Positions 51,904-62,630 of a stretch of DNA of 64,000 bases are shown here, one piece after another. The first letter of the stretch is position 1; the number at the start of each line of letters is the position of its first letter. Source of the DNA: an uncultured Eubacteriales bacterium (GTDB lineage: Bacteria > Bacillota > Clostridia > TANB77 > CAG-508); NCBI GenBank assembly GCA_902492015.1, contig CABUJR010000006.1:50421-114420 (forward strand), given 5' to 3'. Under the pieces are notes generated by a model that saw nothing but the letters and a program-made list of their open reading frames with translations, had not been told where the DNA came from and searched no databases. The position numbers and the translations under genes are program-made.

Positions 51904-51928
51904 AGCCATACTCCTTTCATTTTCTATA

Positions 51929-53665
51929 TTAAGATAATAAGAAATTTTCTTTTGAAGATTGTTGATTATAAAATTTAGTATATAACCCATTATTTTGTAA
52001 TAATTGTACATGAATACCTTGTTCTACTATTTTTCCAGAATCTAGTACAATTATTTTATCAGCATCCTTTACATCTGATATTCTGTTTGAAATAATTATG
52101 CAAGTTTTTCCTTTTACTAATTCTTTTATATTATTTAATAAATTCTCTTCTGTTTTATTATCTAAAGCAGAAAAAGTATCATCAAAAATTACAATATCAC
52201 TTTTATTTAAGAAAGCACGCGAAATTACAACCCTTTGTTTTTGACCTCCAGAAAGATCTATTCCCCTCTCTCCAATTACTGTATAAATTCCATTTTTCAT
52301 ATTTTTTAGGTCAGAAGAAAGCATAGCTTGTTCTGTACTTTCTTCAATTTCTGAATCTTTAAATCTATTTTGAAATAAACTTATATTTTCTTTGATAGTT
52401 GTTGAAAATAAGAAATTATCCTGTGTTATATAACAAATACTTTTTCTAAGAAATTGTAGGTCAATCTTATTTATATCTGTTCCATTTATAAAAATTTTAT
52501 TATCTGGAACTGGGTAAAGTCTTAAAAGTAAATTCATGAGTGTAGTTTTTCCACTACCTATAGTTCCGATAATTCCAAGTGTCTCTCCTTCTTTTACATG
52601 GATGGTTATATTTTCAAGAACTTTTTCTATATTACCTGGATAATTAAAAGATAAATTATTAATTAATATATTTCCATGTAATTTTGGTTCATTTTTTTCT
52701 GCTAGCATTAAGTTTTCTTTTTCTAAATTAAAGACATTTTCTAATCTTTTATAAGAAATTTTTGCTCTTTTTATTTTTGCTATTATTCCTGGTAACCAAG
52801 AAATTGGAGTAAAAAATAAATCTATATATCCATTAAATGCAACAAAATCTCCTATAGAAATTTCTTTATTTAATACTAATTTTGAACCATATAAAATAGT
52901 AATTCCATAACAGCATCCAAAGCATATATTGACTGATGTAGATAATAAAGTTGAATAAATATCTACAGCAATATTACTTCTTTTTAATAAATTATTTTTT
53001 TTGATAAATTTTTTATACTGATTTATTTCACCAGAATATGCTTTAGTTGTTCTTATTGCATCTGTGCTTTCCTGGACATATTCAGAAAGATTTGTAAAAT
53101 ATTTTTGAGATTTAGCAAAACTTTTTTCTACATATTTTTTTAATATAATTATTATAATTGCTGTTATTACCATTGGACATAATGTAGCTATTGTAAGTTT
53201 AGTATTAACAGTTTGCATTGTGTATGTAGCAATTATTAGAATGAATACTATTCTAGTACCATGAGACAATAGTCTATAAAATAATGTTCTAATTTCTCCA
53301 ATATCTTTTACAAAATAGGACATTATTTCTCCATTTTTTATATTTTGAATACTACTTAATTTTAATTTTAAAAAATTGTCAAAAAGCTTGTCTTTAAGTA
53401 CTTTTTCTAATCTTCTAGTAGTTTTTCCTACTAAGCTTTTCCAGACTACTCTTATTATTAAAGAAAATATAGAAAATAAAATTAAAAATACTATGTATTT
53501 TATGATAGTTGTTTTATGTGCTTCAATGTTATATAGTAAATCAATAATTTTTCCTAAAATTTTAGATGGGAAAGTAAGAAAATAAACATTTAATGCAACA
53601 AAAATAATTATGGCTAATATTGTAAGTCGCTCTTCTTTAAAAAAAGTATTTAAAATCTTTTTCAT
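51929..53665 (-). CDS. ABC exporter, fused permease/ATPase (partner subunit)
   Basis: 6-TM domain plus NBD (GTIGSGKTT, LSGGQKQR, IFDD). Confidence 0.85.
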   Translation of the reverse strand: MKKILNTFFKEERLTILAIIIFVALNVYFLTFPSKILGKIIDLLYNIEAHKTTIIKYIVFLILFSIFSLIIRVVWKSLVGKTTRRLEKVLKDKLFDNFLKLKLSSIQNIKNGEIMSYFVKDIGEIRTLFYRLLSHGTRIVFILIIATYTMQTVNTKLTIATLCPMVITAIIIIILKKYVEKSFAKSQKYFTNLSEYVQESTDAIRTTKAYSGEINQYKKFIKKNNLLKRSNIAVDIYSTLLSTSVNICFGCCYGITILYGSKLVLNKEISIGDFVAFNGYIDLFFTPISWLPGIIAKIKRAKISYKRLENVFNLEKENLMLAEKNEPKLHGNILINNLSFNYPGNIEKVLENITIHVKEGETLGIIGTIGSGKTTLMNLLLRLYPVPDNKIFINGTDINKIDLQFLRKSICYITQDNFLFSTTIKENISLFQNRFKDSEIEESTEQAMLSSDLKNMKNGIYTVIGERGIDLSGGQKQRVVISRAFLNKSDIVIFDDTFSALDNKTEENLLNNIKELVKGKTCIIISNRISDVKDADKIIVLDSGKIVEQGIHVQLLQNNGLYTKFYNQQSSKENFLLS

Positions 53666-53693
53666 CTTTCCCCTCCTTTTTTAGTACAAGGTT

Positions 53694-55013
53694 TTATTTC
53701 AAATAATTATTAATTATTTGTATAAATTCCTTATTGTTTTTGGTATTCATCATTTTATTTAACAATTTTTCTGTTAAATCACTTGTAGTTAAAGTAGCTA
53801 AAGATTTTCTAATTTTGTTAGCAATATCATATTCTTCTTGTGTAAGTAAAAGTTCATCTCTTCTTGTACCAGATTTGCTTACATCTATTGCTGGAAAAAT
53901 TCTTTTTTCAGAAAGACTTCTATCTAAGAATACTTCCATGTTTCCAGTTCCTTTAAATTCTTCAAAGATAACTTCGTCCATTCTACTACCAGTTTCTACT
54001 AAAGCTGTTCCTAATACTGTTAAACTTCCAGCATCTTCTGTATTTCTTGCAGCTCCGAAAAAACGTTTTGGTTTATGAAGAGCAGCTGGATCAAAACCAC
54101 CAGATAAAGTTCTACCAGATGAAGGAATAACTAAGTTATAAGCTCTTGCTAAACGTGTTATACTATCTAATAAAACAACAACATCTTTGTTTTGCTCTGT
54201 TAATCTTTTAGCTCTTTCGATTACCATTTCAGCAACTTTTACATGATGTTCTGGTTGTTCATCAAAAGTAGAATATATAACATCTCCTCTAATAGAACGC
54301 TTCATTTCTGTAACTTCTTCTGGTCTTTCATCTATTAATAATACTATTAAATATACTTCTGGGTTGTTTGTTGTTATACTATTTGCAATTTTCTTTAAAA
54401 TTGTTGTTTTTCCTGCTTTTGGAGGAGCAACAATCATACCTCTTTGTCCTTTTCCAATAGGAGACATTAAATCCATTAATCTCATAGTATAATCTGTTGA
54501 AGTTGTTTCTAATCTTAATCTTTCTTGAGGAAATATAGGAATTAAGTCATCAAAGCTTACTCTTTTCATTGCTTTTTCGGGATGTTCTCCATTTACTTCA
54601 CCTACATATATAAGTGCTGGAAATTTTTCACCATCTTTTGGAGTTCTTTTAATTCCTTTTATCATATCTCCAGTATCTAATTTAAATCTTCTTATTTGAA
54701 CAGGTGAAACATAAACGTCTTTATTAGTAGATAAGTAATTATCTCCTCTTAAAAATCCATATCCATCAGGTAATAATTCTAGAATTCCTTCAACATATTC
54801 ATCATCTTCACCAGTAATTTTATATTCAATTTCATTTTGAGAATCTTGTGAATTTTCAAGTTTTTCTTCTATTTTACCTTCATTTTTATTATTATTATAA
54901 TTTTCTAATATTTTTTCAATTAGCTCTGATTTTTTAAGTTTAGAGATATTAGAAATTCCTTTATCTTTTGCTAAATTTCTTAAATCTACAAGTGATAGAC
55001 TTTCTAATTCCAT
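53694..55013 (-). CDS. rho: Transcription termination factor Rho
   Basis: Rho_N, OB-fold RNA-binding and RecA-like ATPase (Walker A PPKAGKT). Confidence 0.93.
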   Translation of the reverse strand: MELESLSLVDLRNLAKDKGISNISKLKKSELIEKILENYNNNKNEGKIEEKLENSQDSQNEIEYKITGEDDEYVEGILELLPDGYGFLRGDNYLSTNKDVYVSPVQIRRFKLDTGDMIKGIKRTPKDGEKFPALIYVGEVNGEHPEKAMKRVSFDDLIPIFPQERLRLETTSTDYTMRLMDLMSPIGKGQRGMIVAPPKAGKTTILKKIANSITTNNPEVYLIVLLIDERPEEVTEMKRSIRGDVIYSTFDEQPEHHVKVAEMVIERAKRLTEQNKDVVVLLDSITRLARAYNLVIPSSGRTLSGGFDPAALHKPKRFFGAARNTEDAGSLTVLGTALVETGSRMDEVIFEEFKGTGNMEVFLDRSLSEKRIFPAIDVSKSGTRRDELLLTQEEYDIANKIRKSLATLTTSDLTEKLLNKMMNTKNNKEFIQIINNYLK

Positions 55014-55126
55014 ACGATTGCCCCCTTTAATTTTTTTATTAATTTTATGTGGAATTTTATTAGAAAAAATAAGAAAAGTAATTTAATAATACTATTAAAT
55101 TACTCTATTAAACAAATATATAAAGA

Positions 55127-55420
55127 TTATTTATTACTATCTACATAGACAGTTTCATTAGGTAAGTACATATCTAATTTTTCTCTTGCCACTTTTTCAA
55201 TATATTCTGGAGAATTAACATTTTCTTGAGTAGCTAAAAGTTCTTCTTGCTTATCCTTTAAATCTTCGATTTGACTAGAGTAATATGAAATATCTTGATT
55301 ATAAACATTTAATTTTGATTGTTGATTTATAAAAGTAAAAATTGCATAAATGACAACAAATATTAATATTAAATTGATTATTTTATTAATTTTAAAAATA
55401 TTCATCCTAAGTATCTCCAT
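55127..55420 (-). CDS. divIC: Septum formation initiator DivIC/FtsB
   Basis: N-terminal TM helix plus coiled coil. Position after yabP-yabQ. Confidence 0.7.
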   Translation of the reverse strand: MEILRMNIFKINKIINLILIFVVIYAIFTFINQQSKLNVYNQDISYYSSQIEDLKDKQEELLATQENVNSPEYIEKVAREKLDMYLPNETVYVDSNK

Positions 55421-55457
55421 TAATTATCTTATCTTACTTTATTATTCTACAAAAACA

Positions 55458-55844
55458 TTAAAAATCCTTTTTAATAATGCTTTTTGTTGTTTTTAAAAAC
55501 TTAATTATACACAAAAAAGGAATTTTAAATATTTTTTTACAGATTTTTACAAATTCATAAAAAATTATAACATATAAATTACTTATTGTCAAAGAATATA
55601 TTAATCCTCCAAGAAAAATTCCTAAAAAAAGATAAAATCTTACTTCTCCTCCATTTATTTTTATAATGCCTCCAATTATTAAGATACTACTTATGAATAA
55701 AAAAATTATATCTTCTATTAGAGTAATGAAATCTGTTGTTTTGAAAGATTTTCTTATCACTCTAAAAAAATCAAAGATAAAACCTATAATAATTCCTATA
55801 ATAAAAAAGAATATAAAAATTTGCTCTTGAGAAAAATAATGCAT
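55458..55844 (-). CDS. yabQ: Spore cortex biosynthesis protein YabQ
   Basis: Small multi-TM protein between yabP and divIC. Confidence 0.6.
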   Translation of the reverse strand: MHYFSQEQIFIFFFIIGIIIGFIFDFFRVIRKSFKTTDFITLIEDIIFLFISSILIIGGIIKINGGEVRFYLFLGIFLGGLIYSLTISNLYVIIFYEFVKICKKIFKIPFLCIIKFLKTTKSIIKKDF

Positions 55845-55855
55845 TATAAAACCCC

Positions 55856-56146
55856 TTATTTAAAAATTTTACTTAAAATATTTTTATTCTTTTTACTATT
55901 TATTTCTGAATTAGAATACGCTAAACTATCTATTTTTCCATCAACTGTAAAATCAGAAGTATCAATACTTAATTTATTTATTTTTAAATTTTCTCCTTTT
56001 ATTGTTAATAATCCTAAATCAGTTTCTATTATTATAATTTGGTCATCAAAACTGAATACATCAACAATTCCTGTAATATTAAGTCTTTCTCTATTTTCAA
56101 GCACAATATTTTGAAATGTATTAATGTTCTTTTTTAATTCTTCCAT
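55856..56146 (-). CDS. yabP: Sporulation protein YabP
   Basis: LENRERLNITGIVDVFSFDDQIIIIETDLGLLTIKGENLKI matches YabP family. Confidence 0.75.
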   Translation of the reverse strand: MEELKKNINTFQNIVLENRERLNITGIVDVFSFDDQIIIIETDLGLLTIKGENLKINKLSIDTSDFTVDGKIDSLAYSNSEINSKKNKNILSKIFK

Positions 56147-56356
56147 GTGTTTTTCCTCCTATTTAAAAACTTCTATATTATATTTATTCTGCAAGCTTAA
56201 ATTTAGAACATTAAGCTTTTAAAAGATAAAAGAAGAGTAGATATATAAAAATGGAAATATAATAAATTACTAAATAAGAAACTATATGTAAATATAGGCA
56301 TTTTCATACAAAAAAACAGATAAAGAATAAATCTTTATCTGTTACATATTTTAATA

Positions 56357-57565
56357 TTATTTTCCAAAAAATTTATGATGAATTTTTCTTACTGCTAAAT
56401 CTGCTTGATTAGAATCTACTAATACGGAAATTTTTATTTCTGATGTAGTTACCATGTGCATATTAATATTATTTTCATAAAGAGCTTCAAACATATCTGC
56501 AGCAACACCAGGTTTATTAGCTATTCCAACACCAATTATAGATACTTTTGCTAAATTTTCACTGTGAAGTATTTCTTTTGCTCCTAATTTTTCTTTATTT
56601 TCCTCTAAAACTTTTAAAGTTTTTTCTAAATCATTCATTTTTACAGTAAAAGCAATATCTTTAGTAATATATTCTCCAAAGGATTGTACAATAATATCTA
56701 CATTTATTAAATTTTCTGATAATAATTTAAATAATTTGTAAGTTTTTCCTATTTTATTTTCTAAACCTACAATAGTTATTCTAGAAATATAATCATCCTT
56801 TGTAACGCCATTTATTACCAAATCTTCTAAATTTTTATTATTAACTAATGTACCTATACTATTTTTTTCAAATGTAGATTTTACATATATAGGAACATTA
56901 TATTTTTTTCCTATTTCAACACATCTATTATGAAGGACTTTTGCTCCCATACTAGACATTTCAAGCATCTCATCATAAGATATTGTTTTTAATTTGATTA
57001 CATCTTCTACTATTCTAGGATCAGAAGTATAAACTCCATCTACATCAGTAAAAATATCACATCTTTCTGCTCCTAAACTAGCTGCTAAAGCTACTGCTGT
57101 TGTGTCTGAGCCTCCTCTACCAAAAGTTGTTATGTTTCCATTTTCATCAATACCTTGAAATCCAGCTACAATAACAATATTTCCTGAATCTAGATATTCA
57201 TTAATTGTATCATTATGGATATACCTAATTCTACTGTTAGAAAATTCACTATTTGTTATTATAGGTATTTGCCACCCAGCAAGTGATACTGCTTTATAAT
57301 TTTTTTCAATTAATAACATAGCAAGTTTTGCTATTGTTATTTGTTCACCAGTTGATACTAGTACATCATGCTCCCTTCTATCAGGATTTTTAGTGATTTC
57401 AGCTTCCTCTGCGATTAGTTTATCTGTAGTTTTTCCTTGTGCTGAAACTACTACTACAAGTTTGTTTCCCCTTTCTACTTCTTTAATAATATGTTCTGAG
57501 ACTATTTCTAATTTTTCTAGATTGGCAACAGAACTACCTCCAAATTTTTGTACAATAATTCCCAT
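56357..57565 (-). CDS. Aspartate kinase
   Basis: MGIIVQKFGGSSV N-terminus; amino-acid kinase plus ACT domains. Confidence 0.88.
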   Translation of the reverse strand: MGIIVQKFGGSSVANLEKLEIVSEHIIKEVERGNKLVVVVSAQGKTTDKLIAEEAEITKNPDRREHDVLVSTGEQITIAKLAMLLIEKNYKAVSLAGWQIPIITNSEFSNSRIRYIHNDTINEYLDSGNIVIVAGFQGIDENGNITTFGRGGSDTTAVALAASLGAERCDIFTDVDGVYTSDPRIVEDVIKLKTISYDEMLEMSSMGAKVLHNRCVEIGKKYNVPIYVKSTFEKNSIGTLVNNKNLEDLVINGVTKDDYISRITIVGLENKIGKTYKLFKLLSENLINVDIIVQSFGEYITKDIAFTVKMNDLEKTLKVLEENKEKLGAKEILHSENLAKVSIIGVGIANKPGVAADMFEALYENNINMHMVTTSEIKISVLVDSNQADLAVRKIHHKFFGK

Positions 57566-57764
57566 TTGTTGTACCTCTTTTTGTAATAGTAATAGTAAAT
57601 TTTAAATCTAAAAATTACTATGTAATATTCATAAATAATGTTATAAAAACTTTCTTATTAATAGTATATTACTAAAAAATTAAAAAGTGTTTTATTATAA
57701 ATATTTTATGAATTTCAAACATTATAACATATATTTTAATATAATACCATTTTTTATAAAAAAA

Positions 57765-57787
57765 ATATCTCTTTTATAAGAGATATT
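57765..57787. terminator. Terminator downstream of small Cys-rich ORF
   Basis: atatctctt-ttat-aagagatat hairpin flanked by A/T runs. Confidence 0.6.
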
Positions 57788-57795
57788 TTTAAAAA

Positions 57796-57930
57796 CTATT
57801 TTTTTGCATATTTTCCGCAATCACATTCATCATTGTATTTTTTATATCTGCCTGTTTTATCACAATCTGCTTTTGTAGTAGAGTGATTACCTTTCCAGTA
57901 ATAACAATATTGACACTCTTGAGTTGCCAT
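57796..57930 (-). CDS. Unannotated small cysteine-rich protein (44 aa: MATQECQYCYYWKGNHSTTKADCDKTGRYKKYNDECDCGKYAKK)
   Basis: Perfect RBS GGAGGTG 7 nt upstream of ATG. 5 Cys in CxxC / CxC arrangement. Has its own terminator. Below the 60-aa ORF-track cutoff. Confidence 0.6.
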   Translation of the reverse strand: MATQECQYCYYWKGNHSTTKADCDKTGRYKKYNDECDCGKYAKK

Positions 57931-58071
57931 ATTACTTCACCTCCGATTAGATTGTTCTTAATTAGGTTTAAATGGGCTTTTAATTTTTATGCTAATTTAA
58001 TACCAATTAAACTAAATTTAGAATTATTTCTAATAATTATTTTAACAGAAAAAACATAAAACGTCAACTTT

Positions 58072-58776
58072 CTATAAATCTTCACCTTTTAAAATAATTT
58101 CTGCATTATCATTTGATATTTTTTTAAACTCTTCTTCTGAAATAATTTTTTCAATCCTTTTTATTGCTTTTGGAATTTTAGGATATATACTGTTTTCTCT
58201 GTGAACATCTGATCCTAACAAAGATATTAAGTTTTCTTTAAACATTCTCTTTACAGTTTTTTTTGCTGCTCCTCCATATACTCCTAAAATACTACCATAA
58301 TTACTTTGAAAAATAACTCCTAATTCTTTAAGTTCATAAAGCAAATTAAAATTTTTATGAACTATACTATATCTTTCAGGATGAGCTAAAATTAATTTAT
58401 AATCATTATTTTTTAGGTTATTTAAAACATCCTTTAAATTTGGAAAATTAAGTCTTAAAGGCAATTCTATAAGTATGTAATTAGTTCCATTTATGGTAGA
58501 TGCTTTGTATTCTTTCAATAAATCTACTATATTATAAGTTAAAAATATTTCACTACCTAAAACAATATCTAAAGTTTCTTTTTCTTGTTTTAAATCCTCT
58601 ATTAATTTCTTTCTTTTGTATTCTGGGACTTCAAAACAATCTACAGCATAATGAGAAGTTGAAACTATTTTACTAAATCCGGCTTGTTTTGCTTCTATTA
58701 ATAGCCTTGTACTTTCATCATAATCTTTAGAGCCATCATCAATAGCTGGTAGTATATGAGAATGAAAATCAATCAT
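58072..58776 (-). CDS. Capsular polysaccharide tyrosine-protein phosphatase (CpsB/YwqE PHP family)
   Basis: MIDFHSHILPAIDDG N-terminal motif. Confidence 0.85.
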   Translation of the reverse strand: MIDFHSHILPAIDDGSKDYDESTRLLIEAKQAGFSKIVSTSHYAVDCFEVPEYKRKKLIEDLKQEKETLDIVLGSEIFLTYNIVDLLKEYKASTINGTNYILIELPLRLNFPNLKDVLNNLKNNDYKLILAHPERYSIVHKNFNLLYELKELGVIFQSNYGSILGVYGGAAKKTVKRMFKENLISLLGSDVHRENSIYPKIPKAIKRIEKIISEEEFKKISNDNAEIILKGEDL

Positions 58777-58793
58777 TTTTATTTTGTTTCCTT

Positions 58794-59522
58794 TTACTTT
58801 CTACGTTTTGGTTTAAAATTTGTTAATCTTTCACCATAATAATATGAATTTTCATAAGTTTTTGATGACATTTGAACTTTATTTAAAACAATTCCTGCTA
58901 CTTTTCCACCAACTTTTTCAATAGTGTCTCTAGCTTTTATTAAGTCCTCTTTTTTAGTAATATTTTGAGCAGAAACAATTATATTAAAGTCTACTAATCT
59001 TGATATAATTAGGGCATCAGCAACTATTAAGCAAGGTGGAGCATCAAAAATTATTACATCAAACTTATCCATTAATTTATCTTTTATTTTTTCCATTTTA
59101 GAAGATACTAATAATTCAGATGGATTTGGTGGAACACTTCCAGCTGCAATTAAATACAAATTATCTATATATGTTGCTTGTATATAGTTTTCTATATTAT
59201 CTTTATTACCTTTAAAATCTTGGTCAACAACACCTGATAAATAATTTGATAATCCTGGTCTTGGACGTAAATTGAATAATGTATATTGACGTCCTTTTCT
59301 CATATCTGTATCAATTATTAAAACTTTTTTATCTATTTGCGCAAATGCTGCTGCTAAATTTGCTGATACAAAGCTTTTTCCTTCACCAGGTACTGTACTT
59401 GTTACAACCATAACTTTTTTTTCAGAGTCTGCATTCATAAATTGAATATTTGTTCTTAAGTTTCTAAACATCTCTGCTTCAGGAGATTTTGGAGTTTCAT
59501 AAACTACGATTTCGCTTTTCAT
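58794..59522 (-). CDS. Capsular tyrosine-protein kinase (CpsD/Wze/YwqD)
   Basis: Walker A TSTVPGEGKS, BY-kinase; C-terminal Tyr cluster YYYGERL. Confidence 0.85.
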   Translation of the reverse strand: MKSEIVVYETPKSPEAEMFRNLRTNIQFMNADSEKKVMVVTSTVPGEGKSFVSANLAAAFAQIDKKVLIIDTDMRKGRQYTLFNLRPRPGLSNYLSGVVDQDFKGNKDNIENYIQATYIDNLYLIAAGSVPPNPSELLVSSKMEKIKDKLMDKFDVIIFDAPPCLIVADALIISRLVDFNIIVSAQNITKKEDLIKARDTIEKVGGKVAGIVLNKVQMSSKTYENSYYYGERLTNFKPKRRK

Positions 59523-60361
59523 TATCTCTTTCCTCCTTTTCTTTTTACATTTCTTCTAGATTGTGTTCTCCTTGAATCATCATTTTCATCTTTTCTAGTA
59601 CTAGATTCACGCTCTATATTTTTGAAATCTAATTCTGATAATTTTACATTTTTTGTATATTTTGATTTTTTCTTATAACTGTCATCAGTTAATGCAATAG
59701 AAGCTAGTACTGGTAAATTCAAAGCTTTTTCTATATCTATATCTGATTTTACAGTTGTGTCTAACATATTGATTAATAATATATAGGCAAATACTAATAT
59801 TGCTCCAACAAAAGCAAAAATTAAAACATTTTTTGATAAATGAATATTACATGGCTCTTGTGGTAATTGAGCTTCATCTAATATGTGAACATTTCTTATA
59901 TTATATAATCCCTCAACTTTATCAGCAAAAACTTTAGCAAATTCTGTTGCAATGTCATAAGCAAGTTTAGGATCTTCATTTGTAACTGTAACTCTAATTA
60001 ATTCAGTATCTGAAATAGAATTTACAGCTATGTTTTCTTGTATTTCTGATGTTGGAATATCAAGATGCAAATTTTCTTTTACTGTATCTGCGACAATTCT
60101 ACTTTTTGCAATTTCTCTATAATTTTCAACTAGCTTTGAGTTTATTGTTATATCTGTAGTTGAAATAGATGTTGTTGAATCTGTTGTAGCTTCTGTTCCT
60201 AATTGGACTAAAACTAAACTTATTGAAGCCTCATATTCTGGTACAATAAATTTTAAAGTGTAAATTGCTCCCATTATAGCAAAAATAATTATTACTAAAA
60301 TTATTAGTAATTTTTTTTCTAAAAACATTGATATTAGTTCTTTTAAATCTAGTTCTTCCAT
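59522..60361 (-). CDS. Chain-length determinant/BY-kinase activator (Wzz/CpsC/YwqC)
   Basis: Two TM helices flanking an extracytoplasmic domain. Overlaps the wze start. Confidence 0.75.
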   Translation of the reverse strand: MEELDLKELISMFLEKKLLIILVIIIFAIMGAIYTLKFIVPEYEASISLVLVQLGTEATTDSTTSISTTDITINSKLVENYREIAKSRIVADTVKENLHLDIPTSEIQENIAVNSISDTELIRVTVTNEDPKLAYDIATEFAKVFADKVEGLYNIRNVHILDEAQLPQEPCNIHLSKNVLIFAFVGAILVFAYILLINMLDTTVKSDIDIEKALNLPVLASIALTDDSYKKKSKYTKNVKLSELDFKNIERESSTRKDENDDSRRTQSRRNVKRKGGKR

Positions 60362-60613
60362 GACCCCTCCAATTAAAATAATAGTTAATTAAAAAAAGCA
60401 ACTACTAATAATCAATTAATAGTTGTTTTTTTCCAATTATTATACATCTATTACTGATTTTCATTTGTTCAACCAAATTATATATTATATATATTTTTTT
60501 TGCAATATATTTTTTATTTTTACTATCATAATTTCTTTTTTATTAAAAATTACTTCAAGCTTTATATAAATGAGAAGATTAAAGACGAATTATGTCGTAT
60601 AAAATTTTCATTT

Positions 60614-61714
60614 TTACAAAATTTTTTTCAAATATTCATACATAAATTGATTTAAATCTCCATCCATAACTGCTTCTACATTTCCAACTTCATAATTTGT
60701 TCTATGATCTTTTACCAAAGTATATGGACAAAAAACATAAGAACGTATTTGACTTCCCCAAGCTATGTCCTTTTGTTCTCCTTTTAATTCGTCTATTGTT
60801 TCTTTATTTTGTTTTTCTTTCAAATCTAATAATTTAGATTTTAGCATTTTCATTGCTGTTTCTTTATTCATTGTTTGAGAACGTTCAGATTGACAAGCTA
60901 CAACAATATTTGTTGGAATATGTGTTATTCTTACGGCAGAATCTGTCTTGTTTATATGTTGTCCACCTGCTCCAGAAGCTCTATAAGTATCTATTCTTAA
61001 ATCTTCAGGATTTATTTGTACTTCTAAATCATCTGTTATCTCTGGTAAAACTTCAACAGAAGCAAAAGAAGTATGTCTCCTTCCCCCACTATCAAAAGGA
61101 GATATCCTTACTAATCTATGAACTCCCATTTCCCCTTTTAAATATCCATAGGCATTATCACCAGATATTAAAGCAGTAACACTTTTTATTCCTGCCTCAT
61201 CACCTTCTAAATAATCTAATTCTTTAAGAATAAATCCATTTGATGAAGCCCATTTTCCATACATTCTATATAACATTTGCACCCAGTCCTGTGATTCAGT
61301 GCCACCAGCACCAGGATGTAATGTAATAATTGCATTATTTGAATCATATTTTCCAGAAAACAATGTTTGGATTTCTAAATCTTCTAATTTTTTTTCTATC
61401 TTTTTCGAATTTGAAATTAATTCATTTAATAATTCTTCATCTAATTCTATTTCTAATAATTTATTTATTTCAAACAAATTATTTAATTCGGAAAAAATAT
61501 CTTCAAATGTTTTTATTTTTTTTTGTAAATTTTTTATTTTAGAAAAAATTTTGGTAGAATTTTCAGAATCTTGCCAAAAGTTTTCTTCTAAGGATTTGTT
61601 TTCTAGATTTTTAAGTTCTGATTTTAATTCTTCGATTTTTATAGATTTTTTTATTTCTAAGAGTTTTTTATTTAAATTATTTAAAAATTTAAGATTTTCT
61701 TCTAGCTCTAACAC
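60614..61714 (-). CDS. prfB: Peptide chain release factor 2 (single frame, no programmed +1 frameshift)
   Basis: SPF-like and GGQ motif (RASGAGGQHINK). GTG start. Confidence 0.88.
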   Translation of the reverse strand: MLELEENLKFLNNLNKKLLEIKKSIKIEELKSELKNLENKSLEENFWQDSENSTKIFSKIKNLQKKIKTFEDIFSELNNLFEINKLLEIELDEELLNELISNSKKIEKKLEDLEIQTLFSGKYDSNNAIITLHPGAGGTESQDWVQMLYRMYGKWASSNGFILKELDYLEGDEAGIKSVTALISGDNAYGYLKGEMGVHRLVRISPFDSGGRRHTSFASVEVLPEITDDLEVQINPEDLRIDTYRASGAGGQHINKTDSAVRITHIPTNIVVACQSERSQTMNKETAMKMLKSKLLDLKEKQNKETIDELKGEQKDIAWGSQIRSYVFCPYTLVKDHRTNYEVGNVEAVMDGDLNQFMYEYLKKIL

Positions 61715-61840
61715 TTTAAAAATTATCCTTTCAAAAAATTACTAACATATTATATCATACTGCATAAATGAAAACAAGAATAATAAAGTCAATAGATATA
61801 GTATGATTTTGGACAAAAAAACATATCATTGCATGGAAAA

Positions 61841-61868
61841 GCACCTGCAAGACAAGTCTCACAGGTGC
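61841..61868 (-). terminator. GC-rich hairpin (gcacctg...caggtgc) downstream of 61890-62630 gene
   Basis: 7-bp GC-rich stem, atypical for this genome; short U-run on the minus strand. Confidence 0.45.
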
Positions 61869-61889
61869 ATAGTAACTCTAGAGTTAGAG

Positions 61890-62630
61890 TTAGATTTCCA
61901 TCAATCTAATCATTTCCGATTTTTTTGATGGTTCAATTTTGGCAATCTTAAATACATTAGGTGTGATCCATTCCTTTGCAGGGGAGCTCCCTTGTATTAA
62001 TTCACCAAAGTCGTCTTGCTGCTCGCTCCAGGTCTCCTTGATTTCATCCGGGACAATAAACAGAAACTCTGGCTTGAGTAAAACGTTCCCTCTCACCAGG
62101 TCAGCTTCTTTTAGCTCATTCCAAAGCTCATCAAGCTTTCTTTCTGTTTCTTTCAGTTTCTCCATGTCTATAGGATGTATCCCCATATAGCGGATATAAT
62201 CTTGGCTACGAAATTTGTAATTCAGTTCTATGCATTCGTAAATCTTATCAGAGCACATAATTGCTTTCGTAGCAGTTTCTTTTGATTCTACGTAATCGGA
62301 AGACAACTGTAAAATGAAATTTTCATTTTTCCATTTGGTTTTTACTTCTCCCAAAAATGGAAAAGTTCCTAGTATGGGGATGTCGTCTCCGCCGCTATAG
62401 AAATGGGGCTCCATTTCGTTATAAGATATTTCCAGCAACGTGTGGGAACTTGAATCTAGTGTTGATATACATTCGCCACAACAAAATGCAATTGGAAAAA
62501 TTTCAATCTCTCCTTTTTTATTTACATGGACATTCCGAATAAATGTGATCGGAGTTACTTTGTAGCTGTAGCATTTTTCCATAATTTTCTCCTCCTTGGG
62601 AATAAATGTTTTTATGTTAACTCTAAACAT
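61890..62630 (-). CDS. Hypothetical cytoplasmic protein in GC-elevated islet
   Basis: 246-aa ORF at about 40% GC against a 27% background. No recognisable motifs; FCCGEC Cys cluster. Confidence 0.5.
   Translation of the reverse strand: MFRVNIKTFIPKEEKIMEKCYSYKVTPITFIRNVHVNKKGEIEIFPIAFCCGECISTLDSSSHTLLEISYNEMEPHFYSGGDDIPILGTFPFLGEVKTKWKNENFILQLSSDYVESKETATKAIMCSDKIYECIELNYKFRSQDYIRYMGIHPIDMEKLKETERKLDELWNELKEADLVRGNVLLKPEFLFIVPDEIKETWSEQQDDFGELIQGSSPAKEWITPNVFKIAKIEPSKKSEMIRLMEI

Noticed and set aside
57566-57795. Possible lysine (L-box) riboswitch upstream of aspartokinase
   Set aside because: The sequence is very AT-rich with no conserved L-box helices or GC-rich core. It contains the terminator of the small Cys-rich ORF instead.
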